Shown here piece by piece: positions 26,561 to 36,073 of a stretch of DNA of 64,000 nucleotides. The notes under the pieces are model-generated. The model did not search any database and was not told the origin of the DNA. It worked only from the letters and a program-made list of their open reading frames with translations. Positions within the stretch are counted from its first letter, which is position 1, and the number at the start of each line of letters is the position of its first letter. The stretch spans positions 114 to 64,113 of the forward strand of contig DASYJD010000013.1 in assembly GCA_035996875.1 (NCBI GenBank). Direction: 5' to 3'. The stretch comes from Thermoanaerobaculia bacterium. Lineage in GTDB: Bacteria; Acidobacteriota; Thermoanaerobaculia; Multivoradales; UBA5704. Both the position numbers and the translations under genes were made by a program.

Positions 26561-27879
26561 GCTTCGGCGACGAGCTTCCCCAGATCGTCGTCCCGCCGCC
26601 GGGGCCGCGGTCCCGGGCGCTGTCGGCGGACCTGCGCGAGCTGGAGGCGCCGGGGGTCAACACCCTCCCGACGCTGCCTGAGGGTTCTCCACTTCCCTCC
26701 TCCATCCTCTGGGAGGAGGCCCGGGGGGCGAACGTCCGGGATGTCGACGGCAACATCTATATAGACCTCACGGCGGGATTCGGCGTCGCCGCCGTCGGGC
26801 ACCGCCATCCGCGGGTCGTTGAAGCGGTGCGGCACCAGGCAGGAGAGCTCCTCCACGCTCTGGGAGATGTTCACGCCCACCCCCAACGGGTCGAGCTGGC
26901 GCGGCGGCTGGTGGCCCTCGTCCCGGTGGACGACGCCCAGGTGTTCTTCGCGGTCTCTGGAGCCGAAGCGGTGGAGATCGCCCTCAAGACGGCGCTCGGC
27001 GCCACGGGCCGGCCCGGCGTTCTGGCGTTCGATCCCTCCTACCACGGCATGACGCTGGGCGCGCTGGCGGTGACCTCCCGCCCCGAGTTCCGCGACCCCT
27101 TCGTGGCCCATCTCCACGAGCACGTCCGCCGTCTCCCCTTCGGCGCCGGCCTCGACCGGGTCGATGAGGCCCTGGCCGGAGGCGAGGTGGGCGCGGTGAT
27201 CGTGGAGCCCGTTGTCGGCCGCGAGGGAGTGCTGATCCCCCCGGCCGGCTGGCTCGCCGGATTGGCGGAGATCTGCCGCCGACGGGGCGCGCTGCTCATC
27301 GCGGACGAGATCTTCACCGGCTTCGGCCGCACGGGCCGCCTCTTCGCCGTGGACCATGAGAGAGTCCGGCCGGACATCCTTTGCTGCGGCAAGGCGATGG
27401 GAGGCGGGCTGCCCATAGCCGCCGTGATCGCCCGGCGCGACCTCTTCCGTTGCTGGGAGACTTCAGGAGAAGCAAGGCACACAGCGACCTTCATCGCCAA
27501 CCCGCTCGCCTGCGCCGCCGCTCTCGCCGCCGTGGCCGTAATTCAGGAGAGCGATCTCCCTACCCGCGCGGCCCGGCTGGGAGAGGAACTGGGGTATCGC
27601 CTCGCCGATTGGCCCCAGAGGTTCCCCGCCGTCGAAGAAGTCCGCGGCCGGGGTCTCCTATGGGGAATCCAATTCAGCACCGCCGTGGGCGCCAAAAAAT
27701 GGATGCTCGCCGCCTGGTCCCGTGGAATCCTGCTCCTCGCGGGGGGCCCGGAGGGCCGGGTGGCGCAGATCGTGCCGCCGTTGACGATCCTGGAGGAGCA
27801 ATTGGAAGCGGCGGTGGGGATTCTGGAGGAGGAGATGGCGGGCCTTCAGATCGCACCTATGCGCGACCACCGAACATGA
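26557..27879 (+). CDS. class III PLP-dependent aminotransferase family protein
   Basis: ADEIFTGFGRTGRLFA and CCGKAMGGGLPIAAV (PLP-lysine region) are typical of acetylornithine/GABA aminotransferase-type enzymes. GTG start overlaps the recR stop (GTGA). Confidence 0.8.
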   Translation: MSFGDELPQIVVPPPGPRSRALSADLRELEAPGVNTLPTLPEGSPLPSSILWEEARGANVRDVDGNIYIDLTAGFGVAAVGHRHPRVVEAVRHQAGELLHALGDVHAHPQRVELARRLVALVPVDDAQVFFAVSGAEAVEIALKTALGATGRPGVLAFDPSYHGMTLGALAVTSRPEFRDPFVAHLHEHVRRLPFGAGLDRVDEALAGGEVGAVIVEPVVGREGVLIPPAGWLAGLAEICRRRGALLIADEIFTGFGRTGRLFAVDHERVRPDILCCGKAMGGGLPIAAVIARRDLFRCWETSGEARHTATFIANPLACAAALAAVAVIQESDLPTRAARLGEELGYRLADWPQRFPAVEEVRGRGLLWGIQFSTAVGAKKWMLAAWSRGILLLAGGPEGRVAQIVPPLTILEEQLEAAVGILEEEMAGLQIAPMRDHRT

Positions 27880-27907
27880 AGTAAAGTAACGAGTGAGGGA
27901 ATCAATC

Positions 27908-28339
27908 ATGGCCACAGCGCATGACATTGCTGCTTACATCCTGCAACAGAGGGGTGAGCTGACGGCGATGAAGCTTCAGAAACTGGTGTACTACTCCCAG
28001 GCGTGGTCTCTGGTCTGGGATGAAGAGCCTCTGTTTCCCGAGGAGATCCAGGCATGGACGAACGGACCGGTGGTGCCGGAGCTCTATAAGGCCCATCGCG
28101 GTCTGTTCCGGGTTCGTGACTGGCCGCAGGGCAAACCCGGATGCCTGACCAAGGGGCAACGCAAGACGGTCGACGCGGTGCTCGACTACTACGGCGACAA
28201 GACCTCTCAGTGGCTGAGCGACTTGACCCATCGGGAAGCCCCTTGGCTTGAAGCCCGAAAGGGGCTTGATCCCGGTGATCCCGGTCGCCGAATCATCACC
28301 CACGCCTCCATGGCCGAGTACTACAGCAATCCGTACTAG
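27908..28339 (+). CDS. Panacea-domain (DUF4065, SocA-like) putative antitoxin, copy 1
   Basis: KLQKLVYYSQAWSLVWDEEPLF...WTNGPVVPELY matches the DUF4065/Panacea core. GAGGG RBS. A paralog lies at 61528-61959. Confidence 0.75.
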   Translation: MATAHDIAAYILQQRGELTAMKLQKLVYYSQAWSLVWDEEPLFPEEIQAWTNGPVVPELYKAHRGLFRVRDWPQGKPGCLTKGQRKTVDAVLDYYGDKTSQWLSDLTHREAPWLEARKGLDPGDPGRRIITHASMAEYYSNPY

Positions 28340-28488
28340 ACCTCGTGGGTAAACGATCCCGCCATAAGTCATCCCAACCTGCCGACAGGATTCCTCAGAG
28401 AGCCCAGGTTCCCGAGCAGCAGCGGGTTCCCAGGGCTGTCGCCGGCACGAGCTATCACAGCCTCCGGCCCTCCTGGCGGGTTGGAAGG

Positions 28489-28809
28489 ATGGAGATGGTC
28501 GACCCCTTTGGCTGGCACAGGGTCGACGGTCCCACGATCCTGTACGTCCGGTCGCGATTGGCTCACTTCGAGTCGATGACCTGGACGGAGATCCTGGTCC
28601 AGGCGAAGAAGCAGAACCACTCCATCAGGGTTGAGGACATCTGCTCCACTGCTCAGCAGCGACTCGAAGCCCTTGGTCTGCTGCTCGACGACGTGGTTTC
28701 TCTGCGCTTATCGGGGAGGGAGAGAGTCTACGGTTACCTAGAGAACGGCGTTCTCATCCTTCTCTGGTGGGACCCGCTACACCAGATCTGTCCTTCCCTG
28801 AGGGAGTAG
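28489..28809 (+). CDS. putative toxin partner of Panacea antitoxin, divergent RelE/ParE-like fold, copy 1
   Basis: C-terminal SLRLSGRERVYGYLENGVLILLWWDPLH follows the RelE/ParE/YoeB hallmark (LRxSGxYRhhY...hhhL.hhHR). Conserved with its paralog at 62082-62444. GGAAGG RBS. An alternative upstream GTG at 28345 is possible. Confidence 0.5.
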   Translation: MEMVDPFGWHRVDGPTILYVRSRLAHFESMTWTEILVQAKKQNHSIRVEDICSTAQQRLEALGLLLDDVVSLRLSGRERVYGYLENGVLILLWWDPLHQICPSLRE

Positions 28810-28828
28810 CTGCCCTACAATCCCCTCC

Positions 28829-29404
28829 ATGCTGCCCGCCACCCGTCTCAAGATTGCCTTCATCGGCTCCCACGGGGTGGGAAAGACAACGCTGTGCTAC
28901 GGCCTGGCGGCGCGGCTCAAGCGGCGGGACGTGGGGGTCGAGGTGGTGCATGAGGTGGCGCGGCGGTGTCCGCTGCCGATCAACCAGGAGACGTCGATCG
29001 CCGCCCAGTCGTGGATCCTGCACTCGCAGATCGCCGAGGAGCTGGTGGCCCAGGCCCGCTATCCGGTGGTGGTCTGCGACCGTAGCGTGCTCGACAATTA
29101 CGTCTATCTCCTTCTCGCCGCCGGCCGGCAGGAGGGGCCTGAGGGGCTGGTCGAGTACTGGCTCCGGGGCTATGACCTGCTGGTCCACGTCCCCATTGTC
29201 GAGCAACCCAGCCCGGACGGCGTGCGCTCGGCCGACCCCGGGTTCCAGCGCGCCGTGGAAGAGAAGCTCTGCCGTGAGCTGATCGAGCGCAGCCTCGTCG
29301 CCCTCCATCTCGATCCCGCGGCGAGGCCGGATTGGCTCGACGCGGTGGAGCGGACCGTCTGGGAGCGCCTGCGCCCCGCCCAGCTCAATCTCCCATCCTT
29401 ATAG
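28829..29404 (+). CDS. P-loop NTPase (AAA_28 / NadR-kinase-like ATPase)
   Basis: IAFIGSHGVGKTTL Walker A at the N-terminus. 191 aa. Confidence 0.55.
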   Translation: MLPATRLKIAFIGSHGVGKTTLCYGLAARLKRRDVGVEVVHEVARRCPLPINQETSIAAQSWILHSQIAEELVAQARYPVVVCDRSVLDNYVYLLLAAGRQEGPEGLVEYWLRGYDLLVHVPIVEQPSPDGVRSADPGFQRAVEEKLCRELIERSLVALHLDPAARPDWLDAVERTVWERLRPAQLNLPSL

Positions 29405-29416
29405 AAAGGCCTCGCG

Positions 29417-30112
29417 ATGCCCTCGTTCGAAGGACTGCTCCTCGCCGGTCTTCTCGTCCTGCTCGCCGTGGGAGCCTATGCGGCGTGGGCCACTCTGCGC
29501 CAGCCCGCGGCGGGTGGCGCGGCGCAGCGGGCTCTCGGCGAAGGCCGGTTCGCGGACGCCTTGGCCGCCGCCAGAACCGATGCGCGGGCGAGCCGCGACC
29601 AGCTCTATACCGCCGCCGTGGCCGCCCGGCACCTGCTGGAGCTGGACCGCGCCCGAGGCCTGCTCGACCGCATCCTCGCCCAAGACCCCATGGACGGCGA
29701 GGCCTGGTTGGAGCGCGGCCTGACGGCGGCCTGGGCCGGCGACTTCGATGAGGCCGAGCAGGCGTTCCAAAAGGCCGGCGCTCTGCGCTCGGACCTCCTG
29801 GAGTCGCTCACCCTCCACCGCGCCTGGCTGGCCCTGCGGCGCGGCGACCGCCAGGGAGCACGCCGCCTGTTCAGCGAGGTCGAGGCGCCGCTCGAAAACA
29901 AGCTCCGCTCCGATCTGGGCAGCGGCGAGCCGCTGTTCGCCGAGTGGTTCCTGCAGGCTGCCGATCTATGGGCGGACGCCGGCGACGAGGAGCGGGCGGC
30001 CTGGGCGTGGCGCGAGGGGCGGGCCTCGGCTCCCGAAAGCCGATTGATCGAGCCTGCCCAGCACGCCAAGCGGGAAAATAGGGGCGCAGAGGCCCAACCT
30101 CCGCTACAATAA
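29417..30112 (+). CDS. membrane-anchored TPR-like hypothetical protein
   Basis: N-terminal TM (LLLAGLLVLLAVGAYAAWA) followed by a helical-repeat region. Confidence 0.45.
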   Translation: MPSFEGLLLAGLLVLLAVGAYAAWATLRQPAAGGAAQRALGEGRFADALAAARTDARASRDQLYTAAVAARHLLELDRARGLLDRILAQDPMDGEAWLERGLTAAWAGDFDEAEQAFQKAGALRSDLLESLTLHRAWLALRRGDRQGARRLFSEVEAPLENKLRSDLGSGEPLFAEWFLQAADLWADAGDEERAAWAWREGRASAPESRLIEPAQHAKRENRGAEAQPPLQ

Positions 30113-30125
30113 ACCCGCCTTGAAC

Positions 30126-31118
30126 ATGGAAGACACCCTTCGGCGGTGGGACATCTTCTCCCACTTCACGGATGAGCAGCTCGCGCAGCTCGCCGCGTGC
30201 GCCACGTTCATCCATTATCCGGACGGCACCACGATCGTCCAGGAAGGCGAGCCGAGCCAGGAGGCCTACCTCATCGAGAGCGGCAGCGTGCGCATCAAGC
30301 GTAAGACGCCCTATGGCCTCTTCAACCTGGCGGCCCTCATGCCGGGCACACTGTTCGGCGAGACGGCCTTCGTGGATCGCATCCCCCGCTCGGGGAGCGC
30401 CGTGGCCTCCGGCGAGACCGAGCTCATCTCGCTGAACCCCGAGGCGCTCGCCGCCCTCATGGAGCAGGATCCGCGCTTCAAGCTCGCCCTCTACTGGGCC
30501 TTCTGGAAGAGCCTCTCCTCCAAGCTCCGGCAGACCAACGAGAACCTTTCCCAGTTCTTCTCGGAAACCGGCAAGCCGCCCAGCACCGCGGCGGCCACGC
30601 CCTTGGAGTCCACGGGGGAGTTTCACGTCGACCTCGCCTCGAAGCGCAAGCTCTTCCAGGAGCAGAAGCTCTCGAACCTGGAGATCAACTTCCTCACCTC
30701 GCTCTCCAAGGAGAGGAAGTACGGCCCCAACCAGGTGATCTTCCGCGAGGGGGAGCTGGGCAACGAGATGTACGTAGTGCTTGAAGGGCGGGTGATGATC
30801 AGCAAGTACATCCCCGGCGCCGGCGAAGAGGCGCTCGCCTTCCTCGACCGCGGCGGCTACTTCGGCGAGATGGCCCTGATCGACAACGAGACCCGCTCGG
30901 CCGACGCCAAGGCCCACGACGGCGGCGCCGTGGTGCTGGTCATCCCCGGCGAGGTGCTGGAAGGAATTCTGGACATCCACAAGGTGTCGTCGATCCGCCT
31001 GCTGACCATCCTCTGCAACCTGGTGGCGAGCCGGCTGCGAGAGCTGGACGACAAGATCATCGGCTGGTTCATCATCGCCGGCGGCTCGGGGATCTCCTGG
31101 CCCATTCCACCAGGGTAG
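30126..31118 (+). CDS. protein with two cyclic-nucleotide-binding (cNMP/CAP effector) domains
   Basis: Two copies of the GxxFGExA...R(S/T)A-type cNMP-binding signature (GTLFGETAFVDRIPRSGSAVA and GGYFGEMALIDNETRSADAKA). Confidence 0.75.
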   Translation: MEDTLRRWDIFSHFTDEQLAQLAACATFIHYPDGTTIVQEGEPSQEAYLIESGSVRIKRKTPYGLFNLAALMPGTLFGETAFVDRIPRSGSAVASGETELISLNPEALAALMEQDPRFKLALYWAFWKSLSSKLRQTNENLSQFFSETGKPPSTAAATPLESTGEFHVDLASKRKLFQEQKLSNLEINFLTSLSKERKYGPNQVIFREGELGNEMYVVLEGRVMISKYIPGAGEEALAFLDRGGYFGEMALIDNETRSADAKAHDGGAVVLVIPGEVLEGILDIHKVSSIRLLTILCNLVASRLRELDDKIIGWFIIAGGSGISWPIPPG

Positions 31119-31127
31119 ATCGCCGGG

Positions 31128-32171
31128 CTAAAGCGCCGCCAGCACCTTCCCTACCAGCGACGACAGCGGCAACGCCGCGCGGCCGGCGGCGTCGAACCAG
31201 CCGGCGGCCCACCCTTCCCGCACCTCCCCGCCCCAGGAGAGGGATGCCGGGTGAACATCCACCTCCAGGTCGCGATAGGTGATGCCGTGGCGAACGCCGG
31301 CGGCCCGGGGACCCAAAGTCCAATGGCCGCCGTAGCGAGCGGAGAGAGCGGCCTCGGGCGCCTCCTCTTCCGGCACGCCATTCACCTCTACGGTCACCCA
31401 AGGCAGCTCCCAGGTGCCGGCCAAAAGGGCACTGTCCTCCGGACGGCGAAAGAGGAGCACGCCGCCGCCCCTCTCCACCACCGCCACCGCGAGGCGGTGG
31501 CGCTCCCCCTCCCGCTTCACCCGGGCTCTCGGATACCGCTCGGGATCGCCCTCGCGCGCCGCGCGGCAACCGGGCCGGAGGGGACAGAGGAGACATTTGG
31601 GCCGGCGCGGCGAGCAGAGAGTCGCCCCCAGCTCCATGAGTGCCTGGTTGCTATCGCCCGGCCGGCTCAGATCCAGCAGCTCGGCCGCCGCGGCGAGGAG
31701 CTGCCGGCGGGCGCCGCTGGACTTCGGGTCCGCCTCCAGGGCGAGACAACGAGAGAGGACTCGCTCGACGTTGCCGTCCATCACGGGAGTCGCCACGCCG
31801 AAAGCGATGCTCGCCACCGCCGCCGCCGTATAGGCGCCAATCCCCGGGAGGGCCAGGAGGCCTTCGAGGGTGGCGGGGAAGGACCCCAGCTCCGTGATCT
31901 TCTGCGCTGCGGCGTGAAGTTGCCGCGCCCGCCGGTAGTAGCCGAGGCCGGACCACAGGGTCAGAACCTCCTCGATGCCGGCCCGCGCCAGATCCTCGAC
32001 GGTGGGAAATCTTTCCAGGAAGCGATTGTAGAAAGGAAGAACGGCCTCGACCCGGGTCTGCTGGAGCATCACCTCGGAGAGCCAGATGGCGTAGGGGTCG
32101 TGGGTCCGGCGCCAGGGCAGGTCCCGGCGGTGAAGGTCGAACCAGGCGAGAAGATCCTCGGAGCGCCGCAC
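31128..32171 (-). CDS. mutY: A/G-specific adenine DNA glycosylase MutY
   Basis: HhH-GPD region (LPGIGAYTAAAVASIAFG), 4Fe-4S cluster cysteines (CSPRRPKCLLCPLRPGC), and C-terminal NUDIX-like domain. Confidence 0.85.
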   Translation of the reverse strand: MRRSEDLLAWFDLHRRDLPWRRTHDPYAIWLSEVMLQQTRVEAVLPFYNRFLERFPTVEDLARAGIEEVLTLWSGLGYYRRARQLHAAAQKITELGSFPATLEGLLALPGIGAYTAAAVASIAFGVATPVMDGNVERVLSRCLALEADPKSSGARRQLLAAAAELLDLSRPGDSNQALMELGATLCSPRRPKCLLCPLRPGCRAAREGDPERYPRARVKREGERHRLAVAVVERGGGVLLFRRPEDSALLAGTWELPWVTVEVNGVPEEEAPEAALSARYGGHWTLGPRAAGVRHGITYRDLEVDVHPASLSWGGEVREGWAAGWFDAAGRAALPLSSLVGKVLAAL

Positions 32172-32328
32172 CGCGTCATTCTAACCGCGCCGCCCTGGCA
32201 TGAGGGCCAAAATGACTGTCAAATTGGCAGAGGCCCTAAATGAAAACAGCTCCCGACTTTCGTCGGGAGCCGATATTCAGGGGGGGAGACCCCATCTCTC
32301 CGGTGGGCTTTGTGGCTGTACCCCTGTG

Positions 32329-32735
32329 CTTAGGGGAATCAGGTAGGGTTCAAAGAGGGTGAGATCTTACGATCTCGTTATCAGGTAGGACAAAGTTGGT
32401 TGGTGTGGCGCCTCCCCCTCGTTGTGTCCTGTCTTCCCTTGTTGCAACAGCCGTGCCTGGTTTCCCATTCCGCCTTCCGCTCTCCACTCCCATTCTCCAA
32501 TCAACGGCTCCCTAAAAAAACGAAGCCCCCGGGAAGGGGGCTCAGGGGGGAGGTTCCTCGGGTCTGGATGGGAATCTTGGTTGGATCTACCCCTGTCCAG
32601 GGGATGAGGAAGGGCTTTCAAAGACGAGATCGCTTAGGATCTCGGTTGAAGGATGGATGAAACGTTTGGCTGGATGGAATCTCCCCCTCGTCTACGTCGT
32701 TATTGAGTGCCCTACCCCTGTGCAATCTCTGTGCC
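32329..32735. repeat. duplicated ~120-bp structured intergenic element (2 full copies plus a partial one), candidate sRNA/REP-like family
   Basis: Copies begin at ~32329, ~32588 and ~32713 with TACCCCTGT(G/C)...(A)GGGG. Each has an internal palindrome GAGATC...GATCTC and ends ...TCCCCCTCGT. Confidence 0.35.
32511..32541 (-). terminator. rho-independent terminator for a minus-strand transcript
   Basis: Minus strand reads GCCCCCTTCCCGGGGGC hairpin then TTCGTTTTTTT. No protein gene reads into it, which suggests a ncRNA or antisense transcript. Confidence 0.5.
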
Positions 32736-32900
32736 CAGATGACTCACGGTCTTAGAAGCCCGTTGAAATATGGTTTTTCGCCCATCCGGGGCGGTTCAGG
32801 GCCGGCTTTCCCAGGGTCGCGGCCTTTTCGTTCGTACAAATGCGCTCGTCTGTATTTGGCATTTCTACAGAGTTCGACGGGCGGGGAGGGACGATAGAGC

Positions 32901-33419
32901 GTGTCGGAATTTCGCGAGAACCGGCTGGTGGGCTGGAAGGAGTACCTGGACCTCCCGGAGCTCGGCGTCTTCCGCCTCAAGGCCAAGGTGGATACCGGCG
33001 CCCGCACCTCGACCCTGCATGTCGACCGTCTGGAGGTGCTGGATGCTTTTCCAGACGGCTCGGAATGGGTGGAGATCTCGCTACGCCCCGACCGCCGCCG
33101 GCCCGAGCACGTGGTGACCACGCGGGTGAAGGTGCTGCGGCGAATCCGCGTCACTGACTCCGGCGGTCATCCGGAGGTGAGGCCGGTCATCGAGACCGAG
33201 ATGGTGCTCGGGCCGGTGCGCAAGCGTATCCTCCTCACTCTGGCCGACCGCTCCGGCATGCTCTTTCGCATGATCCTCGGGCGCAAGGCCCTGGAGGATG
33301 ACTTCCGCGTGGACGTCGCGAGCAAATACCGGTTGCGCCGCTGGCACCGGCGGCCGTCCTCTGGGAGGTCGCCCGGCAGCCGGCGGCAACCTCCGGGGTC
33401 GCCAGAGAGAGAGAGCTAG
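32901..33419 (+). CDS. RimK-associated ATP-dependent zinc protease family protein (retropepsin-like, DUF785)
   Basis: GWKEYLDLPELGVFRLKAKVDTGARTSTLH matches the RimK-partner protease family. Immediately upstream of rimK. Confidence 0.7.
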   Translation: MSEFRENRLVGWKEYLDLPELGVFRLKAKVDTGARTSTLHVDRLEVLDAFPDGSEWVEISLRPDRRRPEHVVTTRVKVLRRIRVTDSGGHPEVRPVIETEMVLGPVRKRILLTLADRSGMLFRMILGRKALEDDFRVDVASKYRLRRWHRRPSSGRSPGSRRQPPGSPERES

Positions 33420-33426
33420 GCCGCGG

Positions 33427-34332
33427 ATGAAGATCGCCATTCTGTCGCGCAAGGCGACCCTGTATTCGACCCGGCGCCTCGTCGAGGCCTGCGGGCAGCG
33501 GGCCGCGGAGGTCCAGGTGCTCGACCCGCTGCAGTGCGTGGTCAAGTTGTCGAAGAAACGGCCCGAGGTGTTCCACGACAACGAGCGAGTGACCGGCCTC
33601 GACGGCGTGGTGCCACGGATCGGCGCCTCCGTCACCTTCTACGGCTTGGCCGTGCTGCGCCAGTTCGAGATGATGGGGGTCTTCCCGGCCAACGAGAGCC
33701 AGGCTATCTCCCGCAGCCGCGACAAGCTGCGCAGCCTTCAGCTCCTGTCGCGTCACGACATCGGCATCCCGCCCACGGCGTTCGCCTGGCGGCGCGAGGA
33801 CGTCCGCTCGGCCATCCGGCGGGTGGGCGGCGCGCCGGTCATCCTCAAGCTGCTCGAAGGAACGCAGGGCAAGGGTGTCATTCTGGCCGAGTCGGTCAAA
33901 TCGGCGGAGTCGGTCCTCGACGCCATGAGCTCTCTGCGCCAGAACATCCTCATCCAGGCCTTCGTCGCGGAGGCGCAGGGGACGGACTACCGCGCCATCG
34001 TCGTCGGCGGCCAGGTGGTGGCCGCCATGTCGCGCCGGGCCGGCGAGGGGGAGTTCCGCAGCAATCTCCACCGCGGGGGCACGGCGGAAGGCGTCGAGCT
34101 TCCCGCCGACTACGTGTCCACGGCTCTGCACGCCGCCGAGGTGCTGGGCCTGAACATCGCCGGGGTGGATTTGATCCCCTCGAAGGACGGACCGATGGTG
34201 CTCGAGGTCAACAGCTCCCCGGGCCTGGAGGGGATCGAGAAGGCCACCGGCGTCGACGTGGCGGGCCACATGATCGACTTCGTCCTCGCGCACGCCTCGC
34301 GTGGTCATCCCACCACCCGGGGACGAGGGTGA
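33427..34332 (+). CDS. rimK: ribosomal protein S6--L-glutamate ligase RimK (ATP-grasp)
   Basis: MKIAILSRKATLYSTRRL...VILKLLEGTQGKGV...NIAGVDLIPSKDGPMVLEVNSSPGLEGIE. Confidence 0.9.
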   Translation: MKIAILSRKATLYSTRRLVEACGQRAAEVQVLDPLQCVVKLSKKRPEVFHDNERVTGLDGVVPRIGASVTFYGLAVLRQFEMMGVFPANESQAISRSRDKLRSLQLLSRHDIGIPPTAFAWRREDVRSAIRRVGGAPVILKLLEGTQGKGVILAESVKSAESVLDAMSSLRQNILIQAFVAEAQGTDYRAIVVGGQVVAAMSRRAGEGEFRSNLHRGGTAEGVELPADYVSTALHAAEVLGLNIAGVDLIPSKDGPMVLEVNSSPGLEGIEKATGVDVAGHMIDFVLAHASRGHPTTRGRG

Positions 34333-34363
34333 GCCGGCCCGGAGCCGGCGGAAGGGCTCTCCG

Positions 34364-36073
34364 ATGAAAAAGCTGCTGCTGATCTTCGTCGCACTGCTGG
34401 GGATCGCGGTCCTTGCCACCCTCGGCGGCATCCTGGCGAGCCGCAGAGGCCAGGCTGCCCGCGACGGCGCCACGGTCCTCGTCTGGAAGCTGGACGGTCC
34501 GGTGCTGGAGCAGGAGGTGCCGCGCCTCCCCTTCTCCAGCGTCGCCGAGCCCGACAGCATCGCGCAGCTCTATCCAGCCTTCCGGGCCGCCCGCCTGGAT
34601 CCCGGGATCAAAGGGCTCGCCGTCTACATCCAGAGCGCCGAGCTCGGCCTCGCCAAGGCGCAGGAGCTGCGGCGGCAGATGATGGCCCTGCGCCGAGCCG
34701 GCAAGTTCGTCGAGTGCTACGTGGAGACTGCCGGCGAGGGATCGAACGGTACCCTGGCCTACTACCTGGCCACGGCCTGCGAGCATATCCACCTCTCGCC
34801 GGCGGGCGACCTCAATCTGCTGGGCCTCTCCTGGGAGACCCGGCTGCTGCGCGGCACGCTGGACAAGCTGAAGATCGACCCTCAATTCAACCGCGTGGGC
34901 CGCTACAAGAGCGCCGTCGAGACCTACACCCAAACCCGGCTCACCCCTGAAGCCCAGGAGGCCGTCGCGGCGCTGCTCGACGGCTACTTCTCCCAGATCG
35001 TCTCGGCGGTGGCCGAAGCCCGCAAGAAGAGCGAGCCGGAAGTCCGCGCGCTGGTCGACGCCGCGCCGTATGACGCGGAGACGGCGCTCAAGCGGGGCCT
35101 GGTCGACGACCTCCTCTATCCGGACCAGTTCCTCGACCTCCTAAGAAAGCGCCTGGGCCGCAAGCCCACGCTGCTGCCGATCGAGGAGTACCGGCCCGAG
35201 CCCACCTTCGCCGCCAAACAGGTCGCCATCGTCTTCGCCCTCGGCACCATCGTGCGGGGAGGAGGAGGCAGCGCGCCCTGGACGGAGGAGAGCTACCTCG
35301 GCTCGGACAAGATGGCCGAGGTGCTCCGCGACCTGCGCGAGGACGATTCGGTGGCCGCCGTCGTGCTGCGCATCGACAGCCCCGGCGGCTCGGCGCTGGC
35401 CTCGGACCTCATCCTGCGCCAGGTGGAGAAGCTCAAGCAGAGGAAGCCTGTCGTCGTCTCGATGTCCGACGCGGCCGCCTCCGGCGGTTACTACATCGCC
35501 GCCAAGGCCACCAAGATCGTCGCCGAGCCCGCGACACTCACCGGCTCGATCGGCGTCTTCGGCGGCAAGTTCGTCACCCGCCGCCTGGAAGAGGAGATCC
35601 TGGGGATCAGCCACGACTCCCAGAAGCGGGGAGCCAACGCCGACATCTACTCCGAGCTGCAGCCCTACACGCCCCAGCAGGAGGCCCTCGTGCAGCAGCT
35701 CCTCGACCGCACCTATGCCGCCTTCGTCGGCCACGTCGCCAGCGGCCGCAAGATGAGCCGTGCGGCAGTGGAAGTGGTGGCGAGCGGCCGGGTCTGGACG
35801 GGCGCCGCGGCCCAGAAGATCGGTCTGGTCGACGAGCTCGGCGGACTCGATCGGGCCGTGGAGCTGGCCCGGTCGGAAGCCGGGATCGGCCCGCGCGAGA
35901 CGATGGCCGTCGACTTCTATCCCGCCCCTCCGACCTGGCTCGACATCTTCCTCGCGAAACGCGAGCCGCGCCTCCCGGGAGCCCTGGCGGAGATCGTAAA
36001 GGGGCTTGAAATGACTCCGCCCCGCCTGCTCGAGCTACCTCCTGAGCTGGCCCGCCTGAGCCGCCCCTTCTGA
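34364..36073 (+). CDS. sppA: signal peptide peptidase SppA (protease IV, 67K type)
   Basis: N-terminal TM, two ClpP/crotonase-like S49 domains, and catalytic serine context MSDAAASGGYYIA. Confidence 0.85.
   Translation: MKKLLLIFVALLGIAVLATLGGILASRRGQAARDGATVLVWKLDGPVLEQEVPRLPFSSVAEPDSIAQLYPAFRAARLDPGIKGLAVYIQSAELGLAKAQELRRQMMALRRAGKFVECYVETAGEGSNGTLAYYLATACEHIHLSPAGDLNLLGLSWETRLLRGTLDKLKIDPQFNRVGRYKSAVETYTQTRLTPEAQEAVAALLDGYFSQIVSAVAEARKKSEPEVRALVDAAPYDAETALKRGLVDDLLYPDQFLDLLRKRLGRKPTLLPIEEYRPEPTFAAKQVAIVFALGTIVRGGGGSAPWTEESYLGSDKMAEVLRDLREDDSVAAVVLRIDSPGGSALASDLILRQVEKLKQRKPVVVSMSDAAASGGYYIAAKATKIVAEPATLTGSIGVFGGKFVTRRLEEEILGISHDSQKRGANADIYSELQPYTPQQEALVQQLLDRTYAAFVGHVASGRKMSRAAVEVVASGRVWTGAAAQKIGLVDELGGLDRAVELARSEAGIGPRETMAVDFYPAPPTWLDIFLAKREPRLPGALAEIVKGLEMTPPRLLELPPELARLSRPF

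Noticed and set aside
28345-28488. Longer GTG-initiated form of toxin 1 (MGKRSRHK...) and the 61740 start of the toxin 2 ORF
   Set aside because: N-terminal extensions are not conserved between the paralogs. The 61740 extension overlaps panA2 in another frame. Conserved sequence begins at VDPFGWHR, so the downstream ATGs with GGAAGG-type RBS are preferred.
32172-32900. tmRNA, RNase P RNA or SRP RNA in the gene-free island
   Set aside because: No tRNA-like 3' end (GGTTCGA..CCA), no RNase P P4 motifs (AGGAAAGTCCGGGC / ACAGAACCCGGCTTA), no SRP domain IV consensus on either strand. Left as an unclassified ncRNA candidate.
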